Source: an uncultured bacterium (lineage in GTDB: Bacteria > Bacteroidota > Ignavibacteria > Kapaibacteriales > UBA2268). Taken from it: a DNA stretch of 64,000 bases. The stretch lies in assembly GCA_937875295.1 (NCBI GenBank), contig CALLXS010000054.1:2777-66776 (forward strand), read 5' to 3'. Each line of letters starts with the position of its first letter. Within the stretch, counting starts at the first letter, position 1. This document shows positions 38,158 through 48,809 of this stretch, in pieces. The notes beneath the pieces are model-generated. The model saw only the letters and a list, made by a program, of their open reading frames with translations, had not been told where the DNA came from and did no database searches. Both the position numbers and the translations under genes were made by a program.

Positions 38158-39897
38158 ATGGCTAATAATAAATTTATAGAGCAAACCAAAAGTATATATA
38201 CAAAGATGCCAATGTGGCAAAAATTAGGCTTATTTGCTGTGATTGGTATAGCAATAGCAGGTATGATTCTACTTATTGCAAATACCGGAAACAAAACTAC
38301 ATATGCGGTGTTATATTCTGATATTGATCCATCAGAAGGTGCAAAAGTAGTAGAAAGCTTAAAAGGGAAAAATATTCAGTATAAACTACAAGATGGAGGT
38401 AAGACAATCTTAGTTGATTCTGCCTTTGTCTATGAGCAAAGACTTGAACTCGCTAAAGAAGGCATTCCAGCTTCTGGTGGAATAGGTTATGAAATATTTG
38501 ACCAAACTAATCTCGGAATGAGCGAATTTGTACAACAATTAAATTACCGAAGAGCTTTAGAGGGTGAATTAGCTCGTACTATTGGTACTTTAAATGAAGT
38601 GCAAAAAGCAAGAGTACATATTGTAATTCCAGAAAAAACACTTTTTGAGAAAGACCAAAAGCAACCTACTGCATCAGTGATTTTACATTTTAAAAATGGA
38701 AGAAATATTGATAATGCAAGCATTTCTGGAATTCAAAATTTAGTCGCAAGCTCTGTCGAGGGAATGAATACCTCTGCAGTTACAGTTGTTGATTATAGAG
38801 GTAAAGTATTATCTGCACCTCCACTTGATAATAATAGTATTACCGGGCTTACCTCACAGCAATTCTCTCAGCAGGTAGAAGTAGAACAAAATATGTCTAA
38901 TAAAGTGCAATCACTTTTAGACGGAGTCCTTGGATTTGGAAATTCTGAAGTGAGAGTATCGGCTGAATTAGATTTCACACAGGTAGATAAAACAATCACT
39001 GATTATGACCCTGATAAACAAATTGTTCGTAGTGAGCAAACAATTATTGATAGTAGCAAATCATCTGATTCTCTTAGCTATCCTGCTGTTAATATGTCTA
39101 AAGGTACAAGTAATCAAATTGCAAATTATGAAATAGCGAAGTCTGTATCGAGAATAATTGAAGGAGTGGGCAGTATCAAAAGGTTATCTGTTGCGGTATT
39201 AATTAATGGTACTCAGAAAATTACAGACGTTAACGGTACTCCACAGGCTCAATATATTCCTCGTACTGAAGAAGAAATTAATAAATTAACTGAAATAGTA
39301 AAAAATGCAGTTGGATATGACGTTACAAGAAATGACCAAGTATATTTAGAAAATGTTCCATTCGAGACATTGAATGAGAGTCTAATACCGGTAAAAAAAG
39401 AAGAAATTATATGGTATCAACAACCAGAGAATCTAAAATTGATTGGTTTAGTAATTGTGATGTTAATCACTCTGTTTTTAATCTTTAGACTACTGCAATC
39501 TAAAGTAATGAAAGATAGAATTCGTATAGCTATGTCATTACCTGATAAAATAGTTTATTCTCCTGAGGAAAGCGATTCGGATTTATTAGATCAAAAAGAA
39601 CTCGAGGAATTAGTATTCGAAGATGATGAACTATTATTACTTCCTGCTCAATTACCTGACCAACTATTGCTCGAAGGTGATAGAGAAGATATGAGCTTCG
39701 AGGAATTCGAAGAAGATGAAAGTGATAATAGCTTCCATGATAATGCTATACCTTCTGCGTCTCCTATAGAAATTCCAGAAATGACTGAAGAAGATTTATT
39801 TAGGATAGATTTGAGGAATAAAGTAACTGATTATATTGATGAAGACCCTCAAGAAGCCTTAAAATTAGTAAGAATATTGTTATCTAAAGATAGCTAA
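38158..39897 (+). CDS. fliF: Flagellar M-ring protein FliF
   Basis: N-terminal TM helix, a YscJ/FliF family region (LNYRRALEGELARTI), a second TM helix, and an acidic C-terminus; 579 aa. Confidence 0.85.
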   Translation: MANNKFIEQTKSIYTKMPMWQKLGLFAVIGIAIAGMILLIANTGNKTTYAVLYSDIDPSEGAKVVESLKGKNIQYKLQDGGKTILVDSAFVYEQRLELAKEGIPASGGIGYEIFDQTNLGMSEFVQQLNYRRALEGELARTIGTLNEVQKARVHIVIPEKTLFEKDQKQPTASVILHFKNGRNIDNASISGIQNLVASSVEGMNTSAVTVVDYRGKVLSAPPLDNNSITGLTSQQFSQQVEVEQNMSNKVQSLLDGVLGFGNSEVRVSAELDFTQVDKTITDYDPDKQIVRSEQTIIDSSKSSDSLSYPAVNMSKGTSNQIANYEIAKSVSRIIEGVGSIKRLSVAVLINGTQKITDVNGTPQAQYIPRTEEEINKLTEIVKNAVGYDVTRNDQVYLENVPFETLNESLIPVKKEEIIWYQQPENLKLIGLVIVMLITLFLIFRLLQSKVMKDRIRIAMSLPDKIVYSPEESDSDLLDQKELEELVFEDDELLLLPAQLPDQLLLEGDREDMSFEEFEEDESDNSFHDNAIPSASPIEIPEMTEEDLFRIDLRNKVTDYIDEDPQEALKLVRILLSKDS

Positions 39898-39960
39898 TTA
39901 AAATAAATTTTTAACTTAGTATTCTATCTTTAATTAAATAAAAATATATTGCAATAAAAG

Positions 39961-40983
39961 ATGAAATCAAATAAAGTAGCATTAGAAAATTTAACAGGTA
40001 AGCAAAAAGCTGCTATTCTTCTTATGTCGCTCGATGTGGAAGTAGCTGCAAAAGTGTTCCAAGAATTAGATATGAAAGAAGTGGAGCAAATTGCAGTTGA
40101 AATTACTAATATGAAAGACGTTGGTCCGAATATAGTAGAAGATGTAATTGAAGAATTTTATCAATTAATGACTGCTCAAAACTACTTAGTAGAGGGTGGA
40201 TTAGACTACGCACAAGTCTTGCTTGAGAAATCTTATGGGATGGATAAAGCAAGAGAAATTATTGAAAAAATTCGAATACTTACGACAGTAAGAGGATTTA
40301 GCGTATTAAAGAAATCTGATCCTCAACAGCTCGCTAGCTTTCTCTCTAAAGAGCATCCACAAATTATTGCATTGATTTTATCTCATCTGCCACCGGATCA
40401 ATCTGCAGAAGTGCTTACTGAATTTAATGAAAATTTACGCACTGATACTCTATTTAGAATAGCTACTATTGGGAAGGTATCTCCTGCAATGGTTACTCAA
40501 GTAGAGAATGTGGTTGACCAATTAGCAGAATCAACTCTTTCTCAGAATTTATCTTCTACTGGTGGAGCTCAATTAGTAGCAAGTATATTGAATAAATCAA
40601 ATAATAATGCTGCTAAGCAACTAATTGAATCGATCCAAGATAAAGACGCAAATCTTGCTTTAGAAATAAAACGATTAATGTTCTTATTCGAAGATATTGC
40701 ACAAATCGACGATAAAGGTATTCAAAGAATATTACGAGATGTTGACAAACGCGACCTAGCTCTTGCTCTTAAAATTAGCGATGAAAAAATGCAAGCTAAA
40801 TTCTTTAAAAATATGTCTGAAAGAGCTGCTGCAGTGGTCAAAGAAGAGCTTGAATATATGGGTCCTGTGAAATTGAAAGAAGTAGAAGGTGCGCAAATGC
40901 GAATTGTTGATATTGTTAAAATGCTTGAAGAACAAGAAGAAATTGCAATCGGCGGTCGTGGTAAAGAGGATGTATTTGTTTAA
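39961..40983 (+). CDS. fliG: Flagellar motor switch protein FliG
   Basis: FliG middle and C-terminal domains (..MGPVKLKEVEGAQMRIVDIVKMLEEQEEI), 340 aa, immediately after fliF. Confidence 0.85.
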   Translation: MKSNKVALENLTGKQKAAILLMSLDVEVAAKVFQELDMKEVEQIAVEITNMKDVGPNIVEDVIEEFYQLMTAQNYLVEGGLDYAQVLLEKSYGMDKAREIIEKIRILTTVRGFSVLKKSDPQQLASFLSKEHPQIIALILSHLPPDQSAEVLTEFNENLRTDTLFRIATIGKVSPAMVTQVENVVDQLAESTLSQNLSSTGGAQLVASILNKSNNNAAKQLIESIQDKDANLALEIKRLMFLFEDIAQIDDKGIQRILRDVDKRDLALALKISDEKMQAKFFKNMSERAAAVVKEELEYMGPVKLKEVEGAQMRIVDIVKMLEEQEEIAIGGRGKEDVFV

Positions 40984-41076
40984 AATTGATATTATATTTA
41001 CCTTAAACTTAATTTTAATTAAAGGCTTTGATAATAATTTTCAAGTAATAATGAGAAGTTGTGGAAATAAAAAGTA

Positions 41077-41967
41077 ATGAATAGTATAAAAATCACATTA
41101 CCAAAGAAATTATCTCGAGTGGAAATACTTAGTTCTAAAGAATTAAGTAATGAAGATTATTTCCAATATATTCCTCTTACTCAAGTTCCTGTAGAGAATT
41201 ATTCTCCCGATACTTTTAATGAAGAAATAGCAAATTTAAGGAATATCGATTATGAAAAAGATATTTTCGAAATGCTTGATATTCCTATCCAGCAGACTTT
41301 TTATAGAGAAGTATCTTTCACAGACCAAAGACGCCCAATACAAATTTCTTTAGATAAGCTGCCTAAAGAAACCATATTGCTATCAGATGCGAAAAGAAAA
41401 ATTCAAGAATCTTATGATATGGGCTTTAGGGAAGGTCAAGAAATCACTGAAGACCATTTAAAAGAAGAAATCTCTCGGCATCAATCTTGGATTAAAATAT
41501 TTGACAATCTTTCAATTGATTTACGCAAACAATATTCTAATGAAATTAGTAAATTAGAAGAAAGCATAGTTGGCTTATCTATTGAAATTGCAAAGCATAT
41601 TTTAAATAATGAATTAAAATCTGATACTAATATTTTTACAACTCAGATTAAAAAAGCTCTCTCCGAAATAGATAATGAAACTATATTTAAAATACATATT
41701 AACCCTAAAAATTTTGCTGTATTAGAAACTATTAAGAGCGAATTATTATTGGGCTATGATGCTGATAAAGTTGTAATCGAACCAAATAAAAATGTAGATT
41801 TGCTTGGTTGCATTTTGGAGACATCTACTGGGAAAATTGATGCTACAATAGATTCTCAATTGAAAAAAATTACAAATAAATTAAGCTCTCTGCCGATTGA
41901 AACTGATCCCGATGAAGATATAAAAGAATCAACCAAAGAAAATATTAAATTAGATAATTTAGAATAA
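41077..41967 (+). CDS. fliH: Flagellar assembly protein FliH
   Basis: Position between fliG and fliI; helical N-terminus and a FliH-like C-terminal region. Assigned mainly by synteny. Confidence 0.5.
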   Translation: MNSIKITLPKKLSRVEILSSKELSNEDYFQYIPLTQVPVENYSPDTFNEEIANLRNIDYEKDIFEMLDIPIQQTFYREVSFTDQRRPIQISLDKLPKETILLSDAKRKIQESYDMGFREGQEITEDHLKEEISRHQSWIKIFDNLSIDLRKQYSNEISKLEESIVGLSIEIAKHILNNELKSDTNIFTTQIKKALSEIDNETIFKIHINPKNFAVLETIKSELLLGYDADKVVIEPNKNVDLLGCILETSTGKIDATIDSQLKKITNKLSSLPIETDPDEDIKESTKENIKLDNLE

Positions 41968-43293
41968 ATGATACACCCTGACGCTATAATCAATAAATAT
42001 TCAAATGCTTTGGATAATTTTAATACTATCTCAAAGACAGGAAGTGTGTCTAAGGTTGTGGGAGTATCATTAGAAAGTATCGGGCCAAAAGCTCCTGTAG
42101 GTGAAATTTGCTTTCTAAAAAATAAAAAAGATGAAATAATAAATAGAGCTGAAATAGTAGGATTTAAAGACAATAGAATAGTTTCAATGATCCTCGGCGA
42201 AATGAATGAAATTACTCCCGGGATGGAAATCGAAGCCTCAGGAGAAGCTTTAAGCATAGATTTAAGTGATAAATTATTGGGGAGAGTAATCAGCGGGCTA
42301 GGAGAACCGATGGATGGACTTCCGCCTGTACGTTCTATTGAAAGAAGGTCTGTAAATGCAGTTCCACCTACTCCACTAAAAAGAAAAAGAATTACTGAAC
42401 CAATCTTTACCGGAATTAGAGCAATTGATGGTATGCTTACAATGGGCAAAGGGCAAAGAGTTGGTATTTTTGCAGGTTCTGGAGTAGGGAAATCAACTTT
42501 ATTAAGTATGATAGCCAGAAATACAAGCGCAGATATAAATGTGATTGCTTTAATTGGTGAGCGAGGAAGAGAAGTAAGAGAGTTTATTGAAAAGGATTTA
42601 GGGACTGAGGGCTTGGCTCGTTCAGTTGTAGTAGCTGCTACAAGTGATGTGCCCGGATTAGTAAGAATAAAAGCTGCACTTACAGCTACTACTATTTCTG
42701 AGTATTTTCGTGATAGAGGTATGAATGTAATGCTTATGATGGACTCAGTTACTCGATTGGCTATGGCTCAAAGAGAAGTGGGGCTAACTGTCGGAGAACC
42801 ACCTACTACTAAAGGTTATACTCCATCTGTTTTTTCAATTATGCAAAAAACTATGGAACGCGCCGGCACAAGTGATGTAGGCTCAATTACTGCTTTATAT
42901 ACTGTACTTGTAGAGGGAGATGATTTTAATGAACCCATTTCTGATACTGCAAGAGGTATTTTAGATGGGCATATTATACTTTCGCGTAGAGTCGCTACAA
43001 CTGGTCATTATCCTGCTATTGATGTTTTGGAAAGCATTTCTAGACTAAGGAAAGACGTTACAACTGCAGAGCATAGTGCCGCTGCTTATGAAATACAAAG
43101 TATTATGGCTGCATACCGCGGAGCAGAAGATTTAATTAGTGTAGGAGCATATCAAAAGGGGGCAAACCCCAAAATTGATAGAGCAATTAGATTAATTGAC
43201 CCAATTAATAGTTTCCTTAGACAAAAGACCGATGAGAAAATCAATTTCCAAGAAACGGTAAATAATTTAATTGCAATTGCAAAATCTGAATAA
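41968..43293 (+). CDS. fliI: Flagellum-specific ATPase FliI
   Basis: Walker A GSGVGKSTLL and F1/T3SS ATPase family blocks, 441 aa. Confidence 0.9.
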   Translation: MIHPDAIINKYSNALDNFNTISKTGSVSKVVGVSLESIGPKAPVGEICFLKNKKDEIINRAEIVGFKDNRIVSMILGEMNEITPGMEIEASGEALSIDLSDKLLGRVISGLGEPMDGLPPVRSIERRSVNAVPPTPLKRKRITEPIFTGIRAIDGMLTMGKGQRVGIFAGSGVGKSTLLSMIARNTSADINVIALIGERGREVREFIEKDLGTEGLARSVVVAATSDVPGLVRIKAALTATTISEYFRDRGMNVMLMMDSVTRLAMAQREVGLTVGEPPTTKGYTPSVFSIMQKTMERAGTSDVGSITALYTVLVEGDDFNEPISDTARGILDGHIILSRRVATTGHYPAIDVLESISRLRKDVTTAEHSAAAYEIQSIMAAYRGAEDLISVGAYQKGANPKIDRAIRLIDPINSFLRQKTDEKINFQETVNNLIAIAKSE

Positions 43294-43312
43294 GAAATAT
43301 TGAATAGGAAAA

Positions 43313-43747
43313 ATGCCAAAAAAATTCTCTTTTAGATTAGATTCAGTTTTGAAATTGAGGACATATAAAGTAAAACAAGAAAAAGAAGCTTTATTACAAG
43401 TACAATCTTTGAGAATTAAAAAAGATGAAGAAATTGACAATCTAAAAAATGAATTAGAATCTACTTATAAAAATAAAAAAGGCAAAATCTCAGTAGAAAT
43501 ATTGCAACAAAATTTCTATAGACAGGAATATATTAAAGAAAATATTAAAAAATTAGAAAACGATAAAAAAAGACTTCTTGAAATTGAAGAACAAAGGAAA
43601 AAAATCTTTTTTGAAGCAATGAAAGAAGAGAAAGTGTTATTAAAATTAAAAGAAAAAAAATTAGCTGAATATAAATTTGAATTAGACCAAGAAGACCAAA
43701 AAGTAATGGACGAAATTGCTGTAAATTTGGATTATGACGATAAATAA
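43313..43747 (+). CDS. fliJ: Flagellar export protein FliJ
   Basis: 144 aa all-helical coiled-coil protein directly after fliI (synteny plus composition). Confidence 0.5.
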   Translation: MPKKFSFRLDSVLKLRTYKVKQEKEALLQVQSLRIKKDEEIDNLKNELESTYKNKKGKISVEILQQNFYRQEYIKENIKKLENDKKRLLEIEEQRKKIFFEAMKEEKVLLKLKEKKLAEYKFELDQEDQKVMDEIAVNLDYDDK

Positions 43748-43775
43748 TTGAAATTAATATTCAAAGAGGTGCGTA

Positions 43776-44504
43776 ATGAGTTATAAAAAGTTGATTATCA
43801 TAATAGTATCATTAATTATATCACTATTAATAGCAATAGTGGGCTTAATGTTATTGTATAAATTCAAACCAGAATTAATTGGTTTAGCTCCTAAAAATAA
43901 TAATTCTAAAGAAAAAGTTGAAGAAAATAAAAATAAAGATAAGCTACTCAAAGCAGATGCTAAAATGAATATCTCTCTTTTAGAATTTAACAAAATGCAG
44001 TCTGAATTAATTAAAAGTGCTATCTTAAAGTATCAAAATGAAGATATACAAAAACAAAAGAATTTTCTCTATGATAGCCTAAAAAATGTATCTATATCGA
44101 TGAAACCAACACGTGATTCACTTGTGATGCTGAGAGATTCATTCCAAATTTCAAGGACTTATATTAATCATTTGAACGATTCATTAAATAAATTAAGCAC
44201 TCTCTATAATACTGCTTTAAGTGATATTAAGAAAACTAAAAGCACAATTAAAGATAAAACTGAAAAAACTAAACAAGAGCAAATTGCCAAGAAAACCGCT
44301 GATTCTACTAAACAGTATAACTTAATGAATTATGCAAAAATTTATAATAATTCTAATCCACAGGAAGTTGCTCTCATTCTTGACCAATTAGATGAAAAAG
44401 ATGCTGCTTTTATCATAAAAAATATGAACAAGAAAAAAGCTGCAAAAGTAATTGAAAAAATGCAACCAGAAAGTGCTGCAGCAATTATGTTGCTTGGATC
44501 TTAA
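43776..44504 (+). CDS. YlxF/MotE-like flagellar protein with C-terminal MgtE_N-like domain
   Basis: N-terminal TM helix and coiled coil. The C-terminal QEVALILDQLDEKDAAFIIKNMNKKKAAKVIEKM resembles an MgtE intracellular N-domain. Same position as Bacillus ylxF after fliJ. Confidence 0.5.
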   Translation: MSYKKLIIIIVSLIISLLIAIVGLMLLYKFKPELIGLAPKNNNSKEKVEENKNKDKLLKADAKMNISLLEFNKMQSELIKSAILKYQNEDIQKQKNFLYDSLKNVSISMKPTRDSLVMLRDSFQISRTYINHLNDSLNKLSTLYNTALSDIKKTKSTIKDKTEKTKQEQIAKKTADSTKQYNLMNYAKIYNNSNPQEVALILDQLDEKDAAFIIKNMNKKKAAKVIEKMQPESAAAIMLLGS

Positions 44505-44550
44505 AACTATATTAAAACTTTTTAGCTCGAAATGTGTCTATAAATTAGAG

Positions 44551-44600
44551 GAGATAATTTAAATTATAAATTATCTCTTTTAGTTTTTAGTTTTTTTGTT
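44551..44600 (+). terminator. Rho-independent terminator closing the flgB-ylxF operon
   Basis: gagataattt...aaattatctc 10-bp stem followed by a long T-rich run. Confidence 0.5.
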
Positions 44601-44613
44601 TATTGGTGATCTA

Positions 44614-45696
44614 ATGTTTCAATATAAATTATTTAATATGGATAGCACTTTTATTGCTGTTGAGAGTATCGCAATAACTGATTATCATCCATTCCTAATT
44701 AATTTTTATACAAATACTCTTACTCAAAACGACGATTCATTAACGAGTTCAATAGAAAGTAAATTTCATAAATTATTGCCACAAACAATAATTAATTTCG
44801 TGAATCAACCTCTTATTTATAATAATATAAATAAGACAGGTACATTTGTTATAGAAGTATTTTATATTAACTTTCTTAATTCGAAAGTAGAATTTGATAA
44901 AAATGCTAATACATTTCATTTAATAAATGAAAATATTGACTTTCTCTGTGTGCCATCAAGAGATAATTCAACCGAAAAATATTCCAATATATTTAAAAAT
45001 TTGAATCAACAATTGCTTCTACATAATCATAGTTTTATTGATGTAATAAGGCAATGGAATTATCTTCCAAGAATATGCGATATTAATAATAATAGAAAGA
45101 GTGAATATTCAATTTTTAATTCTATAAGGAAGGACTTTTATCTTCGCGACAAGATAAAAATATTCCCAGCAGCGACGGGCATAGGCATTAGTGGGAAAAT
45201 TGCTCAAATTATTGTTTTTTCATTAAAAGGTAATTTTATTAAATATCAAATTGAAAATAATCTACAAACCTCTGCCTATCATTATTCAGAAAATACAATC
45301 GTGTCAGAAAGCAAAACAAAATTTGCTACTCCTATGTTTTCGCGAGGTGTAATATTAGAAGTCGAAAATAAAAAAACATTTTTTCTATCTGGCACCGCCT
45401 CAATTAGAGGTGAAGATACAATCGGTGATGATATTATTGCTCAATTTAATACAACAATAGAAAATATAAAATATTTGATTAGCCAAGAAAATATTGAAAA
45501 ACAAATTAATAAAAAATATAAGTTAGTAAAACCTAATTATTTAAAAATTTATATTAAAGATAGAAATCAATTAGGTTTGATTCAAAATAAAATCCAATTG
45601 GCTTTCCCTAATTGCGATTATTTTATTGTAGAAGCAGACGTCTGCCGTTCAAATTTGCTTTTAGAAATCGAAGGTATTTTTGATATTATTGAATAA
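44614..45696 (+). CDS. Hypothetical protein with a YjgF/RidA-like C-terminal fold signature (possibly FkbO/Hyg5-type)
   Basis: The C-terminus (FFLSGTASIRGEDTIGDDIIAQFNTTIENIKYL...IYIKD...CRSNLLLEIEGI) follows the RidA pattern. The TTG at 44596 overlaps the upstream terminator, so the ATG at 44614 is preferred as the start. Confidence 0.3.
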   Translation: MFQYKLFNMDSTFIAVESIAITDYHPFLINFYTNTLTQNDDSLTSSIESKFHKLLPQTIINFVNQPLIYNNINKTGTFVIEVFYINFLNSKVEFDKNANTFHLINENIDFLCVPSRDNSTEKYSNIFKNLNQQLLLHNHSFIDVIRQWNYLPRICDINNNRKSEYSIFNSIRKDFYLRDKIKIFPAATGIGISGKIAQIIVFSLKGNFIKYQIENNLQTSAYHYSENTIVSESKTKFATPMFSRGVILEVENKKTFFLSGTASIRGEDTIGDDIIAQFNTTIENIKYLISQENIEKQINKKYKLVKPNYLKIYIKDRNQLGLIQNKIQLAFPNCDYFIVEADVCRSNLLLEIEGIFDIIE

Positions 45697-45715
45697 TTTC
45701 AATTCTATAATTTAA

Positions 45716-47293
45716 TTAATCTATAATTACAGTTTTTAAAGTTTTTATATTATTATTTATTGTAATTTTCGTATAATAAATACCGCTTTGAAGATTTAAT
45801 TTTGATATATCTATTAATTCGGAATATGCTCCACTTTCATATATTACATTATCCTTTAAAGAAAAAATAATTTTTCCGTGAATATCATATAAACCAATGC
45901 TAACTTTTGATTTTTCTTTTAATTTAAATGAAGTATATACATAGTTGTCGGCAGGATTAGGATAAGTTTTTGCATTTATGTTTTCATTAAATTCATTAAT
46001 GAATTCTTCTTTCACAGAGCTTTTGCTTAGAGGGTCGGTTTCAGTCATTATAGAATTTATATTTCTATCCATTCTTATCCAAATTGGTCTAATAATGCCA
46101 TTATGCACAGAAATATTTATATAATCACCAAAAAATATATTTGAATTTGGGACGAAAGGTGTGTCGCTTATTTTGAAATTATTAAAAGTATTACCTCCGT
46201 CAGTAGATACTGCCATATATACATCTGTAGCATAATCATTATAAGCTCGTCTATCATAAAAAATTATATAGATATAACCATTAGTTTGGTCTATATCCAT
46301 CCAAGTGAAAAATTGATGTTTTCCAGCAGAATCATTATTCACTCTAATTCTCTCAGACCATGTATTGCCACCATCTTTTGATTTAATAAGCCAAATATCA
46401 GTGTCATAAATTCCATTTCTTTGGTCTGACCAATTAATATAAATATTTCCACGATTATCGCTGTTGCTTAAATCACATTTAATAATTGGGAATCCATTAG
46501 AACGCATTATTCCGGGTATATTAAAATCCCATCCACCGGGTAAATCTTGTAATACTTTTTCTTGAGGCATCCAAGTCTGGCCATCATCGATACTTTTATT
46601 GAAAACTAATCCGAGTGGCCCCATCCACGTAACATAAATTTCTCCATTTACCCCTATTGCTGGCACTGCTCCTTCTGTTGTATTATCACTATCAATACAA
46701 TCTCCGGCTACAGAATTCAGCCTTGTAGCTTTTGACCAAGTTAAGCCCTTGTCATTAGATTTAGCGAACATTATTGATGAGCTATCTGTCGGCAACGTAG
46801 AGCCATAAGAATCAAATTGAGTCCATGTAACATAAATATTATTATTTTTAGGGTTAATTACGCTCCATTCTTTATCTTGAGCTTTATTGCCATCTACATA
46901 AAGATAACTTTTATAATTAAATATTTCCTCATTAGCATCTAATCTTTGGCACATTATTCTATCTATCCATTTTCCTACAGTAATAGGTGGATTAGATAAA
47001 TGAAAAAAATAAAAATTACCATCGGAATCAACGTCAATGCAAGGGTCGCCCCATACTCCCAAAGGAGCAGTTAATTTAATTTTCTTCCATGTCTTGCCCG
47101 TATCGTTACTAATATAAGAATTATCAATATTAGCTCCTGCTACTATCCTTGCTGGATTATTTGGATCTATTTTAATTGCCGGCTCGTTAATGTTTGAATT
47201 CTTATCAATGATAATATTTTCTGCTGTAAGGTTACAGCAAGCAAACGATAAAATAAATATTAAAATCATTAAATAATTTTTCATAATAATCAC
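45716..47293 (-). CDS. Secreted BNR/Asp-box repeat glycosidase (sialidase-like) with T9SS C-terminal domain
   Basis: Signal peptide. Several S-x-D-x-G-x-T-W/F repeats (SNDKGLTWS, SIDDGQTWM, SKDGGNTWS, STDGGNTFN). C-terminal roughly 80-aa T9SS sorting domain. Confidence 0.65.
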   Translation of the reverse strand: MIIMKNYLMILIFILSFACCNLTAENIIIDKNSNINEPAIKIDPNNPARIVAGANIDNSYISNDTGKTWKKIKLTAPLGVWGDPCIDVDSDGNFYFFHLSNPPITVGKWIDRIMCQRLDANEEIFNYKSYLYVDGNKAQDKEWSVINPKNNNIYVTWTQFDSYGSTLPTDSSSIMFAKSNDKGLTWSKATRLNSVAGDCIDSDNTTEGAVPAIGVNGEIYVTWMGPLGLVFNKSIDDGQTWMPQEKVLQDLPGGWDFNIPGIMRSNGFPIIKCDLSNSDNRGNIYINWSDQRNGIYDTDIWLIKSKDGGNTWSERIRVNNDSAGKHQFFTWMDIDQTNGYIYIIFYDRRAYNDYATDVYMAVSTDGGNTFNNFKISDTPFVPNSNIFFGDYINISVHNGIIRPIWIRMDRNINSIMTETDPLSKSSVKEEFINEFNENINAKTYPNPADNYVYTSFKLKEKSKVSIGLYDIHGKIIFSLKDNVIYESGAYSELIDISKLNLQSGIYYTKITINNNIKTLKTVIID

Positions 47294-47343
47294 CTTTTGA
47301 TTTTATATAATCTAAATTAAATATTTCTTAATTTTAGATTTCT

Positions 47344-48663
47344 TTAATAATTGTCTTTTTTATTCTTTTTACGGAAAATAAATGATATTGGTACTCCCTC
47401 TAAATCAAATAATCTCCTTAACACTCTTTCGGTAAATCTCTTATATGAATCTGGAATTTGCTCTGGGAAATTACAGAAAAATGCAAATACAGGTGGTTCT
47501 GTGCTAACTTGAGTTATATAGTTTATCCTAAGATCTTTGCCACCTACAGCAGGTGGAGGAGTTTTTTCTAATTCTGGGAGAATTAAATCATTTAGTTTCG
47601 AAGTTGGAATTCTTTGAGAACGGCGTCTTTGAATATCTTTACAAATATCGAATATTTTTAATAATCTTTGCTTCGTAACTGCGGATACAAATAATAATGG
47701 AATATAATCATACATTTTCATATTTTCGACAAATTCTTTTTTGAATTTATCAGCTGTTTTTTCATCTTTTTCTATTAAATCCCATTTATTATATACAATT
47801 AGCATCCCCTTGCGAGCAGCATCCACTTGATTAATAATTTTTTTGTCTTGGTCTTCTAAACCTCTTTCAGCATCGATTACTACAATTGCTACGTCGCATC
47901 TGTCAATTGCTCTTGCTGTTCGCATTATAGAATAAAACTCTATATTTTCATTAATTTGAGAGCGACGTCTTAGTCCAGCTGTATCGATTAATACAATTTC
48001 TTCGCCATAATATTTTACAGTACTATCAATTGCATCGCGAGTAGTACCAGGAATATTTGTTACTATTGATCTGTCTTTGCCGGTAAGAGCATTTGTGATG
48101 CTTGATTTACCTACATTTGGTCTTCCGACGATTGCAATTTTTAATCTATTGTCATCTTCGTCTTCGTTAATTCCTTGTATTGACTCTACTGCATTATCCA
48201 AGAAATCACCGGTACTTCTCCCACTTAATGCAGAAATTGGAAATGGATCTCCCAAGCCTAATTTATGAAATTCAAAGGAATTAGCATCGCTTTTTGCATT
48301 GTCGCATTTATTTATTACTAGTGTAACAGGTTTAGAAGATTTTCTTAGAATTTTTGCAATATCTTCATCAAAAGGAGTAATACCCTCAGCACCGTCGCAT
48401 ACAAAGATTATTGAATCTGCATCTTCAATTGCAATAAAAGCTTGCTCTCGAATAGCTTTCTCAATTTGATTTTCACTTCCGGGTACGAACCCACCAGTAT
48501 CAATAAGTATAAATTTTTTCCCGTTCCAGTCAGATTCGCCATAGATCCTATCTCGAGTTACACCGGGAGTATTTTCTACAATTGCTTCTTTTCTACCGAT
48601 TATTCTATTAAATAAAGTGGATTTGCCAACATTTGGCCTGCCAACTATTGCAATAATGCTCAT
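47344..48663 (-). CDS. der: Ribosome-associated GTPase Der (EngA)
   Basis: Two tandem GTPase domains, each with GRPNVGKS, followed by a KH-like C-terminal domain. Confidence 0.9.
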   Translation of the reverse strand: MSIIAIVGRPNVGKSTLFNRIIGRKEAIVENTPGVTRDRIYGESDWNGKKFILIDTGGFVPGSENQIEKAIREQAFIAIEDADSIIFVCDGAEGITPFDEDIAKILRKSSKPVTLVINKCDNAKSDANSFEFHKLGLGDPFPISALSGRSTGDFLDNAVESIQGINEDEDDNRLKIAIVGRPNVGKSSITNALTGKDRSIVTNIPGTTRDAIDSTVKYYGEEIVLIDTAGLRRRSQINENIEFYSIMRTARAIDRCDVAIVVIDAERGLEDQDKKIINQVDAARKGMLIVYNKWDLIEKDEKTADKFKKEFVENMKMYDYIPLLFVSAVTKQRLLKIFDICKDIQRRRSQRIPTSKLNDLILPELEKTPPPAVGGKDLRINYITQVSTEPPVFAFFCNFPEQIPDSYKRFTERVLRRLFDLEGVPISFIFRKKNKKDNY

Positions 48664-48809
48664 AATTAATGTATTATTATATTGTAATTATCAAATTTAA
48701 GAATACAAAAATACGGAATTTGTGATAATTAATTGAGATTGTCGCCGAAATAATCAATAAAAAGATTTATTTATTGAATAAGTCTTATGATTACTTTTTA
48801 ACTTGTTAT

